Source: Eledone cirrhosa
Taxonomy: Eukaryota
Length of the DNA stretch: 64,000 nt
Assembly: GCA_964016885.1 (NCBI GenBank)
Contig: OZ024740.1
Span: 21,762,001 to 21,826,000, forward strand
Direction: 5' to 3'
Shown here: piece after piece, positions 13,801 to 29,050 of the stretch
Layout: each line of letters starts with the position of its first letter
Position numbering within the stretch: the first letter of the stretch is position 1
The notes under the pieces: generated by a model
What the model was told of the DNA's origin: nothing
Databases searched by the model: none
The model's input: the letters and a program-made list of their open reading frames with translations, nothing else
Translations under genes and position numbers: made by a program

Positions 13801-16250
13801 CACAAAGTGTATAGTCAACATCTACACAAAGTGTACAGTCAACATCTACGCAAAGAGAATAATCAACATGTACACAAAGTGTATATAGTTCACATCTACA
13901 CAAAGTGTAGAGTCAACATCTACACAAAGTGTATAGTCAACATCTACACAAAGTGTATACAGTCAACATCTACACAAAGTGTATACAGTCAACATCTACA
14001 CAAAGTGTATACAGTCAACATCTACACAAAGTGTATACAGTCAACATCTACACAAAGTATATTCAGTCAATATCTACACAAAGTGTATAGTCAACATCTA
14101 CACAAAGTGTATAGTCAACATCTACACAAAGTGTATACAGTCAACATCTACACAAAGTGTATACAGTCAATATCTACACAAAGAGTATACAGTCAACATC
14201 TATACAAAGTGTATAGTCAACATCTAAACAAAGTGTATAGTCAACATCTACACAGTGTATAGTCAACATCTACACAAAGTGTATACAGTCAACATCTACA
14301 TAAAGTGTATACAGTCAACATCTACACAAAGTGTATACAGTCAACATCTACACAAAGTGTATACAGTCAACATCTACACAAAGTGTATACAGTCAACATC
14401 TACACAAAGTGTATACAGTCAACATCTACACAAAGGGTATACAGTCAACATCTGCACAAAGTGTATACAGTCAACATCTACACAAAGTGTATAGTCAACA
14501 TCTACACAAAGTGTATAGTCAACATCTACACAAAGTGTATACAGTCAACATCTACACAAAGTATATACAGTCAATATCTACACAAAGAGTATACAGTCAA
14601 CATCTACACAAAGTGTATAGTCAACATCTACACAAAGTGTATACAGTCAACATCTACACAAAGTGTATACAGTCAACATCTACACAAAGTGTATAGTCAA
14701 CATCTACACAAAGTGTATAGTCAACATCTACACAAAGTGTATACAGTCAACATCTACACAAAGTGTATACAGTCAACATCTACACAAAGTGTATAGTCAA
14801 CATCTACAGAAAGTATATACAGTCAATATCTACACAAAGTGTATAGTCAACATCTATAGAAAATGTATAGTTAACATCTACACAAAGTGTATAGTCAATA
14901 TCTACACAAACTGTATAGTCAACATCTACACAAAGTGTATACAGTCAACATCTACACAAAGTGTATACAGTCAATATCTACACAAAGTGTATACAGTCAA
15001 TATCTACACAAAGTGTATACAGTCAACATCTACACAAAGTGTATAAAGTCAATATGTACACAAAGAGTATACAGTCAACATCTACATAAAGTGTATACAG
15101 TCAACATCTACACAAAGTGTATACAGTCAACATCTACACAAAGTGTATACAGTCAACATCTACACAAAGTGTATACAGTCAACATCTACACAGTGTATAC
15201 AGTCAACATCTACACAAAGTGTATACAGTCAACATCTACACAAAGGGTATACAGTCAACATCTACACAAAGTGTATAGTCAACATCTACACAAAGTGTAT
15301 AGTCAACATCTACACAAAGTGTATAGAGTCAACATCTACACAAAGTGTATACAGTCAACATCTACACAATGTGTATACAGTCAACGTCTACACAAAGTCT
15401 ATACAGTCAACATCTACACAAAGTATATACAGTCAACATCTACACAAAGTGTATAGTCAACATCTACAGAAAGTGTATACAATCAACATCTACACAAAGT
15501 GTATACGGTCAACATCTACACTAAGTGTATAGTTAACATCTACACAAAGTGTATAGTCAACATCTACACAAAGTGTATACAGTCAACATCTACACAAGTG
15601 TATACTCAACATCTACACAAAGTGTATACAGTCAACATCTACACAAAGTGTATACAGTCAACATCTATACAAAGTGTATAGTCAACATCTAAACAAAGTG
15701 TATAGTCAACATCTACACAAAGTGTATAGTCAACATCTACACAAAGTGTATACAGTCAACATCTACACAAAGTGTATACAGTCAATATCTACACAAAGAG
15801 TATACAGTCAACATCTACACAAAGTGTATACAGTCAACATCTACACAAAGTGTATACAGTCAACATCTACACAAAGTGTATACAGTCAACATCTACACAA
15901 AGTGTATACAGTCAACATCTACACAAAGTGTATACAGTCAACATCTACACAATGTGTATACAGTCAACATCTACACAAAGTGTATAGTCAACATCTACAC
16001 AAAGTGTATACAGTCAACATCTACACAAAGTGTATACAGTCAATATCTACACAAAGAGTATACAGTCAACATCTACACAAAGTGTATAGTCAACATCTAC
16101 ACAAAGTGTATACAGTCAACATCTACACAAAGTGTATACAGTCAACATCTACACAAAGTGTATAGTCAACATCTACACAAAGTGTATACAGTCAACATCT
16201 ACACAAAGTGTATACAATCAACATCTACACAAAGTGTATACAGTCAACAT
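1802..16250 (+). repeat. Higher-order tandem duplication, two copies of about 7.2 kb
   Basis: ORF-track and variant offsets are 7245 (1968/9213, 2224/9469, 5154/12399), then 7171 (6056/13227, 8503/15674) after a 74-bp deletion in copy 2. Confidence 0.93.
2130..5510 (+). repeat. Nested duplication of about 1.7 kb inside the 7.2-kb unit (repeated again at about 9375-12680)
   Basis: Offsets are 1663 (2759/4422) and 1715 (3439/5154). Landmarks ctaaacaaagagtataag (about 2341 and 4032) and tattcaaaacctacataaag (about 3770 and 5485) are shared. Confidence 0.85.
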
Positions 16251-19200
16251 CTACACAAAGTGTGTACAATCAACATCTACACAAGGTGTATAGGCAACAT
16301 CTACACGGAGTGTATACAGTCAACATCTACACAAAGTGTATACAGTCAACATCTACACAAAGTGTATAGTCAACATCTACACAAAGTATATACAGTCAAT
16401 ATCTACACAAAGTGTATAGTCAACATCTACAGAAAGTGTATAGTTAACATCTACACAAAGTGTATAGTCAACATCTACACAAAGTGTATACAGTCATCAT
16501 CTACACAAGTGTATACTCAACATCTACACAAAGTGTATACAGTCAACATCTACACAAAGTGTATACAGTCAACATCTATACAAAGTGTATAGTCAACATC
16601 TAAACAAAGTGTATACAGTCAACATCTACACAAAGTGTATAGTCAACATCTACACAAAGTGTATACAGTCAACATCTACACAAAGTGTATACAGTCAATA
16701 TCAACACAAAGAGGATACAGTCAACATCTACACAAAGTGTATAGTCAACATCTACACAAAGTGTATACAGTCAACATCTACACAAAGTGTATACAGTCAA
16801 CATCTACACAAAGTGTATAGTCAACATCTACACAAAGTGTATACAGTCAACATCTACACAAAGTGTATACAGTCAACATCTACACAAAGTGTATACAGTC
16901 AACATCTACACAAAGTGTATACAGTCAACATCTACACAAAGTGTATAGTCAACATCTACACAAAGTGTATAGTCAACATCTACACAAAGTGTATACTGTC
17001 AACATCTACACAAAATGTATACAGTCAACATCTACACAAAGTGTATAGTCAACATCTACACAAAGTGTATACAGTCAACATCTACACAAAGTGTATAATC
17101 AACATCTACACAAAGTGTATAGTCAACATCTACACAAAGTGTATACAATTAACATCTACACAAAGTGTATACAGTCAACATCTACACGGAGTGTATACAG
17201 TCAACATCTACACAAAGTGTACACAGTCAACATCTACACAAAGTGTATAGTCAACATCTACACAAAGTGTATACAGTCAACATCTACACAAAGTGTATAG
17301 TCAACATCTACACAAAGTGTATACGGTCAACATCTACACAAAGTGTATACAGTCAACATCTACACAAAGTGTATAATCAACATCTACAGAAAGTGTATAG
17401 TCAACATCTACACAAAGTGTATACAGTCAACATCTACACGGAGTGTATACAGTCAACATCTACACAAAGTGTATACAGTCAACATCTACACAAAGTGTAC
17501 ACAGTCAACATCTACACAAAGTGTATACAGTCAACATCTACACAAAGTGTATACAATCAACATCTACACAAAGTGTACAGTCAACATCTACACAAAGTGT
17601 ATAGTCAACATCTACACAAAGTGTATACAGTCAACATCTACACAAAGTGTACAGTCAACATCTACAAGAAGTGTATACAGTCACAAACTACACAAAGTGT
17701 ATACGATCAACATCTACACAAAGTGTATACAGTCAACATCTACACAAAGTGTATACAATCAACATCTACACAAAGTGTATACAATCAACATCTACACAAA
17801 GTGTATACAATCAACATCTACACAAAGTGTAAGTCAACATCTACACAAAGTGTATAGTCAACATCTACACAAAGTGTACAGTCAACATCTACACAAAGTG
17901 TATACAATCAACATCTACACAAAGTGTATACAGTCAACATCTACACAAAGTGTATACAGACAACATCTACACAAAGTGTATACAGTCAACATCTACACAA
18001 AGGGTATAGTCAACATCTACACAAAGTATATACAGTCAACATCTACACAAAGTGTATACAGTCAACATCTACACAAAGTGTATACAGTCAACATCTACAC
18101 AAAGTGCACATTCAACATCTACACAAAGTGTACAGTCAACATCTACACAAAGTGTACAGTCAACATCTACACAAAGTGTATACAGTCAACATCTACACAA
18201 AGTGTATAGTCAACATCTACACAAAGTGTACAGTCAACATCTACGCAAAGAGAATAATCAACATGTACACAAAGTGTATATAGTTCACATCTACACAAAG
18301 TGTAGAGTCAACATCTACACAAAGTGTATAGTCAACATCTACACAAAGTGTATACAGTCAACATCTACACAAAGTGTATACAGTCAACATCTACACAAAG
18401 TGTATACAGTCAACATCTACACAAAGTGTATACAGTCAACATCTACACAAAGTATATACAGTCAATATCTACACAAAGTGTATAGTCAACATCTACAGAA
18501 AGTGTATAGTTAACATCTACACAAAGTGTATAGTCAACATCTACACAAAGTGTATACAGTCAACATCTACACAAGTGTATACTCAACATCTACACAAAGT
18601 GTATACAGTCAACATCTACACAAAGTGTATACAGTCAACATCTATACAAAGTGTATAGTCAACATCTAAACAAAGTGTATAGTCAACATCTACACAGTGT
18701 ATAGTCAACATCTACACAAAGTGTATACAGTCAACATCTACACAAAGTGTATACAGTCAACATCTACACAAAGTGTATACAGTCAACATCTACACAAAGT
18801 GTATACAGTCAACATCTACACAAAGTGTATACAGTCAACATCTACACAAAGTGTATACAGTCAACATCTACACAAAGTGTATACAGTCAACATCTACACA
18901 AAGTGTATACAGTCAACATCTGCACAAAGTGTATACAGTCAACATCTACACAAAGTGTATAGTCAACATCTACACAAAGTGTATAGTCAACATCTACACA
19001 AAGTGTATACAGTCAACATCTACACAAAGTATATACAGTCAATATCTACACAAAGAGTATACAGTCAACATCTACACAAAGTGTATAGTCAACATCTACA
19101 CAAAGTGTATACAGTCAACATCTACACAAAGTGTATACAGTCAACATCTACACAAAGTGTATAGTCAACATCTACACAAAGTGTATAGTCAACATCTACA

Positions 19201-22200
19201 CAAAGTGTATACAGTCAACATCTACACAAAGTGTATACAGTCAACATCTACACAAAGTGTATAGTCAACATCTACAGAAAGTATATACAGTCAATATCTA
19301 CACAAAGTGTATAGTCAACATCTATAGAAAATGTATAGTTAACATCTACACAAAGTGTATAGTCAATATCTACACAAACTGTATAGTCAACATCTACACA
19401 AAGTGTATACAGTCAACATCTACACAAAGTGTATACAGTCAATATCTACACAAAGTGTATACAGTCAATATCTACACAAAGTGTATACAGTCAACATCTA
19501 CACAAAGTGTATAAAGTCAATATGTACACAAAGAGTATACAGTCAACATCTACATAAAGTGTATAGTCAACATCTACACAAAGTGTATACAGTCAACATC
19601 TACACAAAGTGTATACAGTCAACATCTACACAAAGTGTATACAGTCAACATCTACACAGTGTATACAGTCAACATCTACACAAAGTGTATACAGTCAACA
19701 TCTACACAAAGGGTATACAGTCAACATCTACACAAAGTGTATAGTCAACATCTACACAAAGTGTATAGTCAACATCTACACAAAGTGTATAGAGTCAACA
19801 TCTACACAAAGTGTATACAGTCAACATCTACACAATGTGTATACAGTCAACGTCTACACAAAGTCTATACAGTCAACATCTACACAAAGTATATACAGTC
19901 AATATCTACACAAAGTGTATAGTCAACATCTACAGAAAGTGTATAGTTAACATCTACACAAAGTGTATAGTCAACATCTACACAAAGTGTATACAGTCAA
20001 CATCTACACAAGTGTATACTCAACATCTACACAAAGTGTATACAGTCAACATCTACACAAAGTGTATACAGTCAACATCTATACAAAGTGTATAGTCAAC
20101 ATCTAAACAAAGTGTATAGTCAACATCTACACAAAGTGTATAGTCAACATCTACACAAAGTGTATACAGTCAACATCTACACAAAGTGTATACAGTCAAT
20201 ATCTACACAAAGAGTATACAGTCAACATCTACACAAAGTGTATAGTCAACATCTACACAAAGTGTATATAATCAACATCTACACAAAGTGTATACAGTCA
20301 ACATCTACACAAAGTGTATACAGTCAACATCTACACAAAGTGTATACAGTCAACATCTACACAAAGTGTATACAGTCAACATCTACACAAAGTGTATACA
20401 GTCAACATCTACACAATGTGTATACAGTCAACATCTACACAAAGTGTATAGTCAACATCTACTCAAAGTGTATACAGTCAACATCTACACAAAGTGTATA
20501 CAGTCAATATCTACACAAAGAGTATACAGTCAACATCTACACAAAGTGTATAGTCAACATCTACACAAAGTGTATACAGTCAACATCTACACAAAGTGTA
20601 TACAGTCAACATCTACACAAAGTGTATAGTCAACATCTACACAAAGTGTATACAGTCAACATCTACACAAAGTGTATACAATCAACATCTACACAAAGTG
20701 TATACAGTCAACATCTACACAAAGTGTGTACAATCAACATCTACACAAGGTGTATAGGCAACATCTACACGGAGTGTATACAGTCAACATCTACACAAAG
20801 TGTATACAGTCAACATCTACACAAAGTGTATAGTCAACATCTACACAAAGTGTATACAGTCAACATCTACATAAAGTGTATACAGTCAACATCTACACAA
20901 AGTATATACAGTCAATATCTACACAAAGAGTATACAGTCAACATCTACACAAAGTGTATAGTCAACATCTACACAAAGTGTATACAGTCAACATCTACAC
21001 AAAGTGTATACAGTCAACATCTACACAAAGTGTATAGTCAACATCTACACAAAGTGTATAGTCAACATCTACACAAAGTGTATACAGTCAACATCTACAC
21101 AAAGTGTATACAGTCAACATCTACACAAAGTGTATAGTCAACATCTACAGAAAGTATATACAGTCAATATCTACACAAAGTGTATAGTCAACATCTATAG
21201 AAAATGTATAGTTAACATCTACACAAAGTGTATAGTCAATATCTACACAAACTGTATAGTCAACATCTACACAAAGTGTATACAGTCAACATCTACACAA
21301 AGTGTATACAGTCAATATCTACACAAAGTGTATACAGTAAATATCTACACAAAGTGTATACAGTCAACATCTACACAAAGTGTATAAAGTCAATATGTAC
21401 ACAAAGAGTATACAGTCAACATCTACATAAAGTGTATACAGTCAACATCTACACAAAGTGTATACAGTCAACATCTACACAAAGTGTATACAGTCAACAT
21501 CTACACAAAGTGTATACAGTCAACATCTACACAGTGTATACAGTCAACATCTACACAAAGTGTATACAGTCAACATCTACACAAAGGGTATACAGTCAAC
21601 ATCTACACAAAGTGTATAGTCAACATCTACACAAAGTGTATAGTCAACATCTACACAAAGTGTATAGAGTCAACATCTACACAAAGTGTATACAGTCAAC
21701 ATCTACACAATGTGTATACAGTCAACGTCTACACAAAGTCTATACAGTCAACATCTACACAAAGTATATACAGTCAACATCTACACAAAGTGTATAGTCA
21801 ACATCTACAGAAAGTGTATAGTTAACATCTACACAAAGTGTATAGTCAACATCTACACAAAGTGTATACAGTCAACATCTACACAAGTGTATACTCAACA
21901 TCTACACAAAGTGTATACAGTCAACATCTACACAAAGTGTATACAGTCAACATCTATACAAAGTGTATAGTCAACATCTAAACAAAGTGTATAGTCAACA
22001 TCTACACAAAGTGTATAGTCAACATCTACACAAAGTGTATACAGTCAACATCTACACAAAGTGTATACAGTCAATATCTACACAAAGAGTATACAGTCAA
22101 CATCTACACAAAGTGTATACAGTCAACATCTACACAAAGTGTATACAGTCAACATCTACACAAAGTGTATACAGTCAACATCTACACAAAGTGTATACAG

Positions 22201-25200
22201 TCAACATCTACACAATGTGTATACAGTCAACATCTACACAAAGTGTATAGTCAACATCTACACAAAGTGTATACAGTCAACATCTACACAAAGTGTATAC
22301 AGTCAATATCTACACAAAGAGTATACAGTCAACATCTACACAAAGTGTATAGTCAACATCTACACAAAGTGTATACAGTCAACATCTACACAAAGTGTAT
22401 ACAGTCAACATCTACACAAAGTGTATAGTCAACATCTACACAAAGTGTATACAGTCAACATCTACACAAAGTGTATACAATCAACATCTACACAAAGTGT
22501 ATACAGTCAACATCTACACAAAGTGTGTACAATCAACATCTACACAAGGTGTATAGGCAACATCTACACGGAGTGTATACAGTCAACATCTACACAAAGT
22601 GTATACAGTCAACATCTACACAAAGTGTATAGTCAACATCTACACAAAGTATATACAGTCAATATCTACACAAAGTGTATAGTCAACATCTACAGAAAGT
22701 GTATAGTTAACATCTACACAAAGTGTATAGTCAACATCTACACAAAGTGTATACAGTCATCATCTACACAAGTGTATACTCAACATCTACACAAAGTGTA
22801 TACAGTCAACATCTACACAAAGTGTATACAGTCAACATCTATACAAAGTGTATAGTCAACATCTAAACAAAGTGTATACAGTCAACATCTACACAAAGTG
22901 TATAGTCAACATCTACACAAAGTGTATACAGTCAACATCTACACAAAGTGTATACAGTCAATATCTACACAAAGAGGATACAGTCAACATCTACACAAAG
23001 TGTATAGTCAACATCTACACAAAGTGTATACAGTCAACATCTACACAAAGTGTATACAGTCAACATCTACACAAAGTGTATAGTCAACATCTACACAAAG
23101 TGTATACAGTCAACATCTACACAAAGTGTATACAGTCAACATCTACACAAAGTGTATACAGTCAACATCTACACAAAGTGTATACAGTCAACATCTACAC
23201 AAAGTGTATAGTCAACATCTACACAAAGTGTATAGTCAACATCTACACAAAGTGTATACTGTCAACATCTACACAAAATGTATACAGTCAACATCTACAC
23301 AAAGTGTATAGTCAACATCTACACAAAGTGTATACAGTCAACATCTACACAAAGTGTATAATCAACATCTACACAAAGTGTATAGTCAACATCTACACAA
23401 AGTGTATACAATTAACATCTACACAAAGTGTATACAGTCAACATCTACACGGAGTGTATACAGTCAACATCTACACAAAGTGTACACAGTCAACATCTAC
23501 ACAAAGTGTATAGTCAACATCTACACAAAGTGTATACAGTCAACATCTACACAAAGTGTATAGTCAACATCTACACAAAGTGTATACGGTCAACATCTAC
23601 ACAAAGTGTATACAGTCAACATCTACACAAAGTGTATAATCAACATCTACACAAAGTGTATAGTCAACATCTACACAAAGTGTATACAGTCAACATCTAC
23701 ACGGAGTGTATACAGTCAACATCTACACAAAGTGTATACAGTCAACATGTACACAAAGTGTACACAGTCAACATCTACACAAAGTGTATACAGTCAACAT
23801 CTACACAAAGTGTATACAATCAACATCTACACAAAGTGTACAGTCAACATCTACACAAAGTGTATAGTCAACATCTACACAAAGTGTATACAGTCAACAT
23901 CTACACAAAGTGTATAGTCAACATCTACACAAAGTGTACAGTCAACATCTACAAGAAGTGTATACAGTCACAAACTACACAAAGTGTATACGATCAACAT
24001 CTACACAAAGTGTATACAGTCAACATCTACACAAAGTGTATACAATCAACATCTACACAAAGTGTATACAATCAACATCTACACAAAGTGTATACAATCA
24101 ACATCTACACAAAGTGTACAGTCAACATCTACACAAAGTGTATAGTCAACATCTACACAAAGTGTACAGTCAACATCTACACAAAGTGTATACAATCAAC
24201 ATCTACACAAAGTGTATACAGTCAACATCTACACAAAGTGTATACAGACAACATCTACACAAAGTGTATACAGTCAACATCTACACAAAGGGTATAGTCA
24301 ACATCTACACAAAGTATATACAGTCAACATCTACACAAAGTGTATACAGTCAACATCTACACAAAGTGTATACAGTCAACATCTACACAAAGTGCACATT
24401 CAACATCTACACAAAGTGTACAGTCAACATCTACACAAAGTGTACAGTCAACATCTACACAAAGTGTATACAGTCAACATCTACACAAAGTGTATAGTCA
24501 ACATCTACACAAAGTGTACAGTCAACATCTACGCAAAGAGAATAATCAACATGTACACAAAGTGTATATAGTTCACATCTACACAAAGTGTAGAGTCAAC
24601 ATCTACACAAAGTGTATAGTCAACATCTACACAAAGTGTATACAGTCAACATCTACACAAAGTGTATACAGTCAACATCTACACAAAGTGTATACAGTCA
24701 ACATCTACACAAAGTGTATACAGTCAACATCTACACAAAGTATATACAGTCAATATCTACACAAAGTGTATAGTCAACATCTACAGAAAGTGTATAGTTA
24801 ACATCTACACAAAGTGTATAGTCAACATCTACACAAAGTGTATACAGTCAACATCTACACAAGTGTATACTCAACATCTACACAAAGTGTATACAGTCAA
24901 CATCTACACAAAGTGTATACAGTCAACATCTATACAAAGTGTATAGTCAACATCTAAACAAAGTGTATAGTCAACATCTACACAGTGTATAGTCAACATC
25001 TACACAAAGTGTATACAGTCAACATCTACACAAAGTGTATACAGTCAACATCTACACAAAGTGTATACAGTCAACATCTACACAAAGTGTATACAGTCAA
25101 CATCTACACAAAGTGTATACAGTCAACATCTGCACAAAGTGTATACAGTCAACATCTACACAAAGTGTATAGTCAACATCTACACAAAGTGTATAGTCAA

Positions 25201-28200
25201 CATCTACACAAAGTGTATACAGTCAACATCTACACAAAGTATATACAGTCAATATCTACACAAAGAGTATACAGTCAACATCTACACAAAGTGTATAGTC
25301 AACATCTACACAAAGTGTATACAGTCAACATCTACACAAAGTGTATACAGTCAACATCTACACAAAGTATATAGTCAACATCTACACAAAGTGTATAGTC
25401 AACATCTACACAAAGTGTATACAGTCAACATCTACACAAAGTGTATACAGTCAACATCTACACAAAGTGTATAGTCAACATCTACAGAAAGTATATACAG
25501 TCAATATCTACACAAAGTGTATAGTCAACATCTATAGAAAATGTATAGTTAACATCTACACAAAGTGTATAGTCAATATCTACACAAACTGTATAGTCAA
25601 CATCTACACAAAGTGTATACAGTCAACATCTACACAAAGTGTATACAGTCAATATCTACACAAAGTGTATACAGTCAATATCTACACAAAGTGTATACAG
25701 TCAACATCTACACAAAGTGTATAAAGTCAATATGTACACAAAGAGTATACAGTCAACATCTACATAAAGTGTATAGTCAACATCTACACAAAGTGTATAC
25801 AGTCAACATCTACACAAAGTGTATACAGTCAACATCTACACAAAGTGTATACAGTCAACATCTACACAGTGTATACAGTCAACATCTACACAAAGTGTAT
25901 ACAGTCAACATCTACACAAAGGGTATACAGTCAACATCTACACAAAGTGTATAGTCAACATCTACAGAAAGTGTATAGTTAACATCTACACAAAGTGTAT
26001 AGTCAACAACTACACAAAGTGTATACAGTCAACATCTACACAAGTGTATACTCAACATCTACACAAAGTGTATACAGTCAACATCTACACAAAGTGTATA
26101 CAGTCAACATCTATACAAAGTGTATAGTCAACATCTAAACAAAGTGTATAGTCAACATCTACACAAAGTGTATAGTCAACATCTACACAAAGTGTATACA
26201 GTCAACATCTACACAAAGTGTATACAGTCAATATCTACACAAAGAGTATACAGTCAACATCTACACAAAGTGTATACAGTCAACATCTACACAAAGTGTA
26301 TACAGTCAACATCTACACAAAGTGTATACAGTCAACATCTACACAATGTGTATACAGTCAACATCTACACAAAGTGTATAGTCAACATCTACACAAAGTG
26401 TATACAGTCAACATCTACACAAAGTGTATACAGTCAATATCTACACAAAGAGTATACAGTCAACATCTACACAAAGTGTATAGTCAACATCTACACAAAG
26501 TGTATACAGTCAACATCTACACAAAGTGTATACAGTCAACATCTACACAAAGTGTATAGTCAACATCTACACAAAGTGTATACAGTCAACATCTACACAA
26601 AGTGTATACAATCAACATCTACACAAAGTGTATACAGTCAACATCTACACAAAGTGTGTACAATCAACATCTACACAAGGTGTATAGGCAACATCTACAC
26701 GGAGTGTATACAGTCAACATCTACACAAAGTGTATACAGTCAACATCTACACAAAGTGTATAGTCAACATCTACACAAAGTATATACAGTCAATATCTAC
26801 ACAAAGTGTATAGTCAACATCTACAGAAAGTGTATAGTTAACATCTACACAAAGTGTATAGTCAACATCTACACAAAGTGTATACAGTCATCATCTACAC
26901 AAGTGTATACTCAACATCTACACAAAGTGTATACAGTCAACATCTACACAAAGTGTATACAGTCAACATCTATACAAAGTGTATAGTCAACATCTAAACA
27001 AAGTGTATACAGTCAACATCTACACAAAGTGTATAGTCAACATCTACACAAAGTGTATACAGTCAACATCTACACAAAGTGTATACAGTCAATATCTACA
27101 CAAAGAGGATACAGTCAACATCTACACAAAGTGTATAGTCAACATCTACACAAAGTGTATACAGTCAACATCTACACAAAGTGTATACAGTCAACATCTA
27201 CACAAAGTGTATAGTCAACATCTACACAAAGTGTATACAGTCAACATCTACACAAAGTGTATACAGTCAACATCTACACAAAGTGTATACAGTCAACATC
27301 TACACAAAGTGTATACAGTCAACATCTACACAAAGTGTATAGTCAACATCTACACAAAGTGTATAGTCAACATCTACACAAAGTGTATACTGTCAACATC
27401 TACACAAAATGTATACAGTCAACATCTACACAAAGTGTATAGTCAACATCTACACAAAGTGTATACAGTCAACATCTACACAAAGTGTATAATCAACATC
27501 TACACAAAGTGTATAGTCAACATCTACACAAAGTGTATACAATTAACATCTACACAAAGTGTATACAGTCAACATCTACATAAAGTGTATACAGTCAACA
27601 TCTACACGGAGTGTATACAGTCAACATCTACACAAAGTGTACACAGTCAACATCTACACAAAGTGTATAGTCAACATCTACACAAAGTGTATACAGTCAA
27701 CATCTACACAAAGTGTATAGTCAACATCTACACAAAGTGTATACGGTCAACATCTACACAAAGTGTATACAGTCAACATCTACACAAAGTGTATAATCAA
27801 CATCTACACAAAGTGTATAGTCAACATCTACACAAAGTGTATACAGTCAACATCTACACGGAGTGTATACAGTCAACATCTACACAAAGTGTATACAGTC
27901 AACATCTACACAAAGTGTACACAGTCAACATCTACACAAAGTGTATACAGTCAACATCTACACAAAGTGTATACAATCAACATCTACACAAAGTGTACAG
28001 TCAACATCTACACAAAGTGTATAGTCAACATCTACACAAAGTGTATACAGTCAACATCTACACAAAGTGTATAGTCAACATCTACACAAAGTGTACAGTC
28101 AACATCTACAAGAAGTGTATACAGTCACAAACTACACAAAGTGTATACGATCAACATCTACACAAAGTGTATACAGTCAACATCTACACAAAGTGTATAC

Positions 28201-29050
28201 AATCAACATCTACACAAAGTGTATACAATCAACATCTACACAAAGTGTATACAATCAACATCTACACAAAGTGTACAGTCAACATCTACACAAAGTGTAT
28301 AGTCAACATCTACACAAAGTGTACAGTCAACATCTACACAAAGTGTATACAATCAACATCTACACAAAGTGTATACAGTCAACATCTACACAAAGTGTAT
28401 ACAGACAACATCTACACAAAGTGTATACAGTCAACATCTACACAAAGGGTATAGTCAACATCTACACAAAGTATATACAGTCAACATCTACACAAAGTGT
28501 ATACAGTCAACATCTACACAAAGTGTATACAGTCAACATCTACACAAAGTGCACATTCAACATCTACACAAAGTGTACAGTCAACATCTACACAAAGTGT
28601 ACAGTCAACATCTACACAAAGTGTATACAGTCAACATCTACACAAAGTGTATAGTCAACATCTACACAAAGTGTACAGTCAACATCTACGCAAAGAGAAT
28701 AATCAACATGTACACAAAGTGTATATAGTTCACATCTACACAAAGTGTAGAGTCAACATCTACACAAAGTGTATAGTCAACATCTACACAAAGTGTATAC
28801 AGTCAACATCTACACAAAGTGTATACAGTCAACATCTACACAAAGTGTATACAGTCAACATCTACACAAAGTGTATACAGTCAACATCTACACAAAGTAT
28901 ATACAGTCAATATCTACACAAAGTGTATAGTCAACATCTACAGAAAGTGTATAGTTAACATCTACACAAAGTGTATAGTCAACATCTACACAAAGTGTAT
29001 ACAGTCAACATCTACACAAGTGTATACTCAACATCTACACAAAGTGTATA
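15500..29050 (+). repeat. Higher-order blocks with offsets of about 6.3 kb and 4.1 kb
   Basis: Matching ORFs at 16585/22848/26979 (6263, 4131) and 18052/24340/28497 (6288, 4157). The variant gtgtatactgtc...caaaatgtat occurs at about 16990, 23252 and 27383. Confidence 0.85.
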
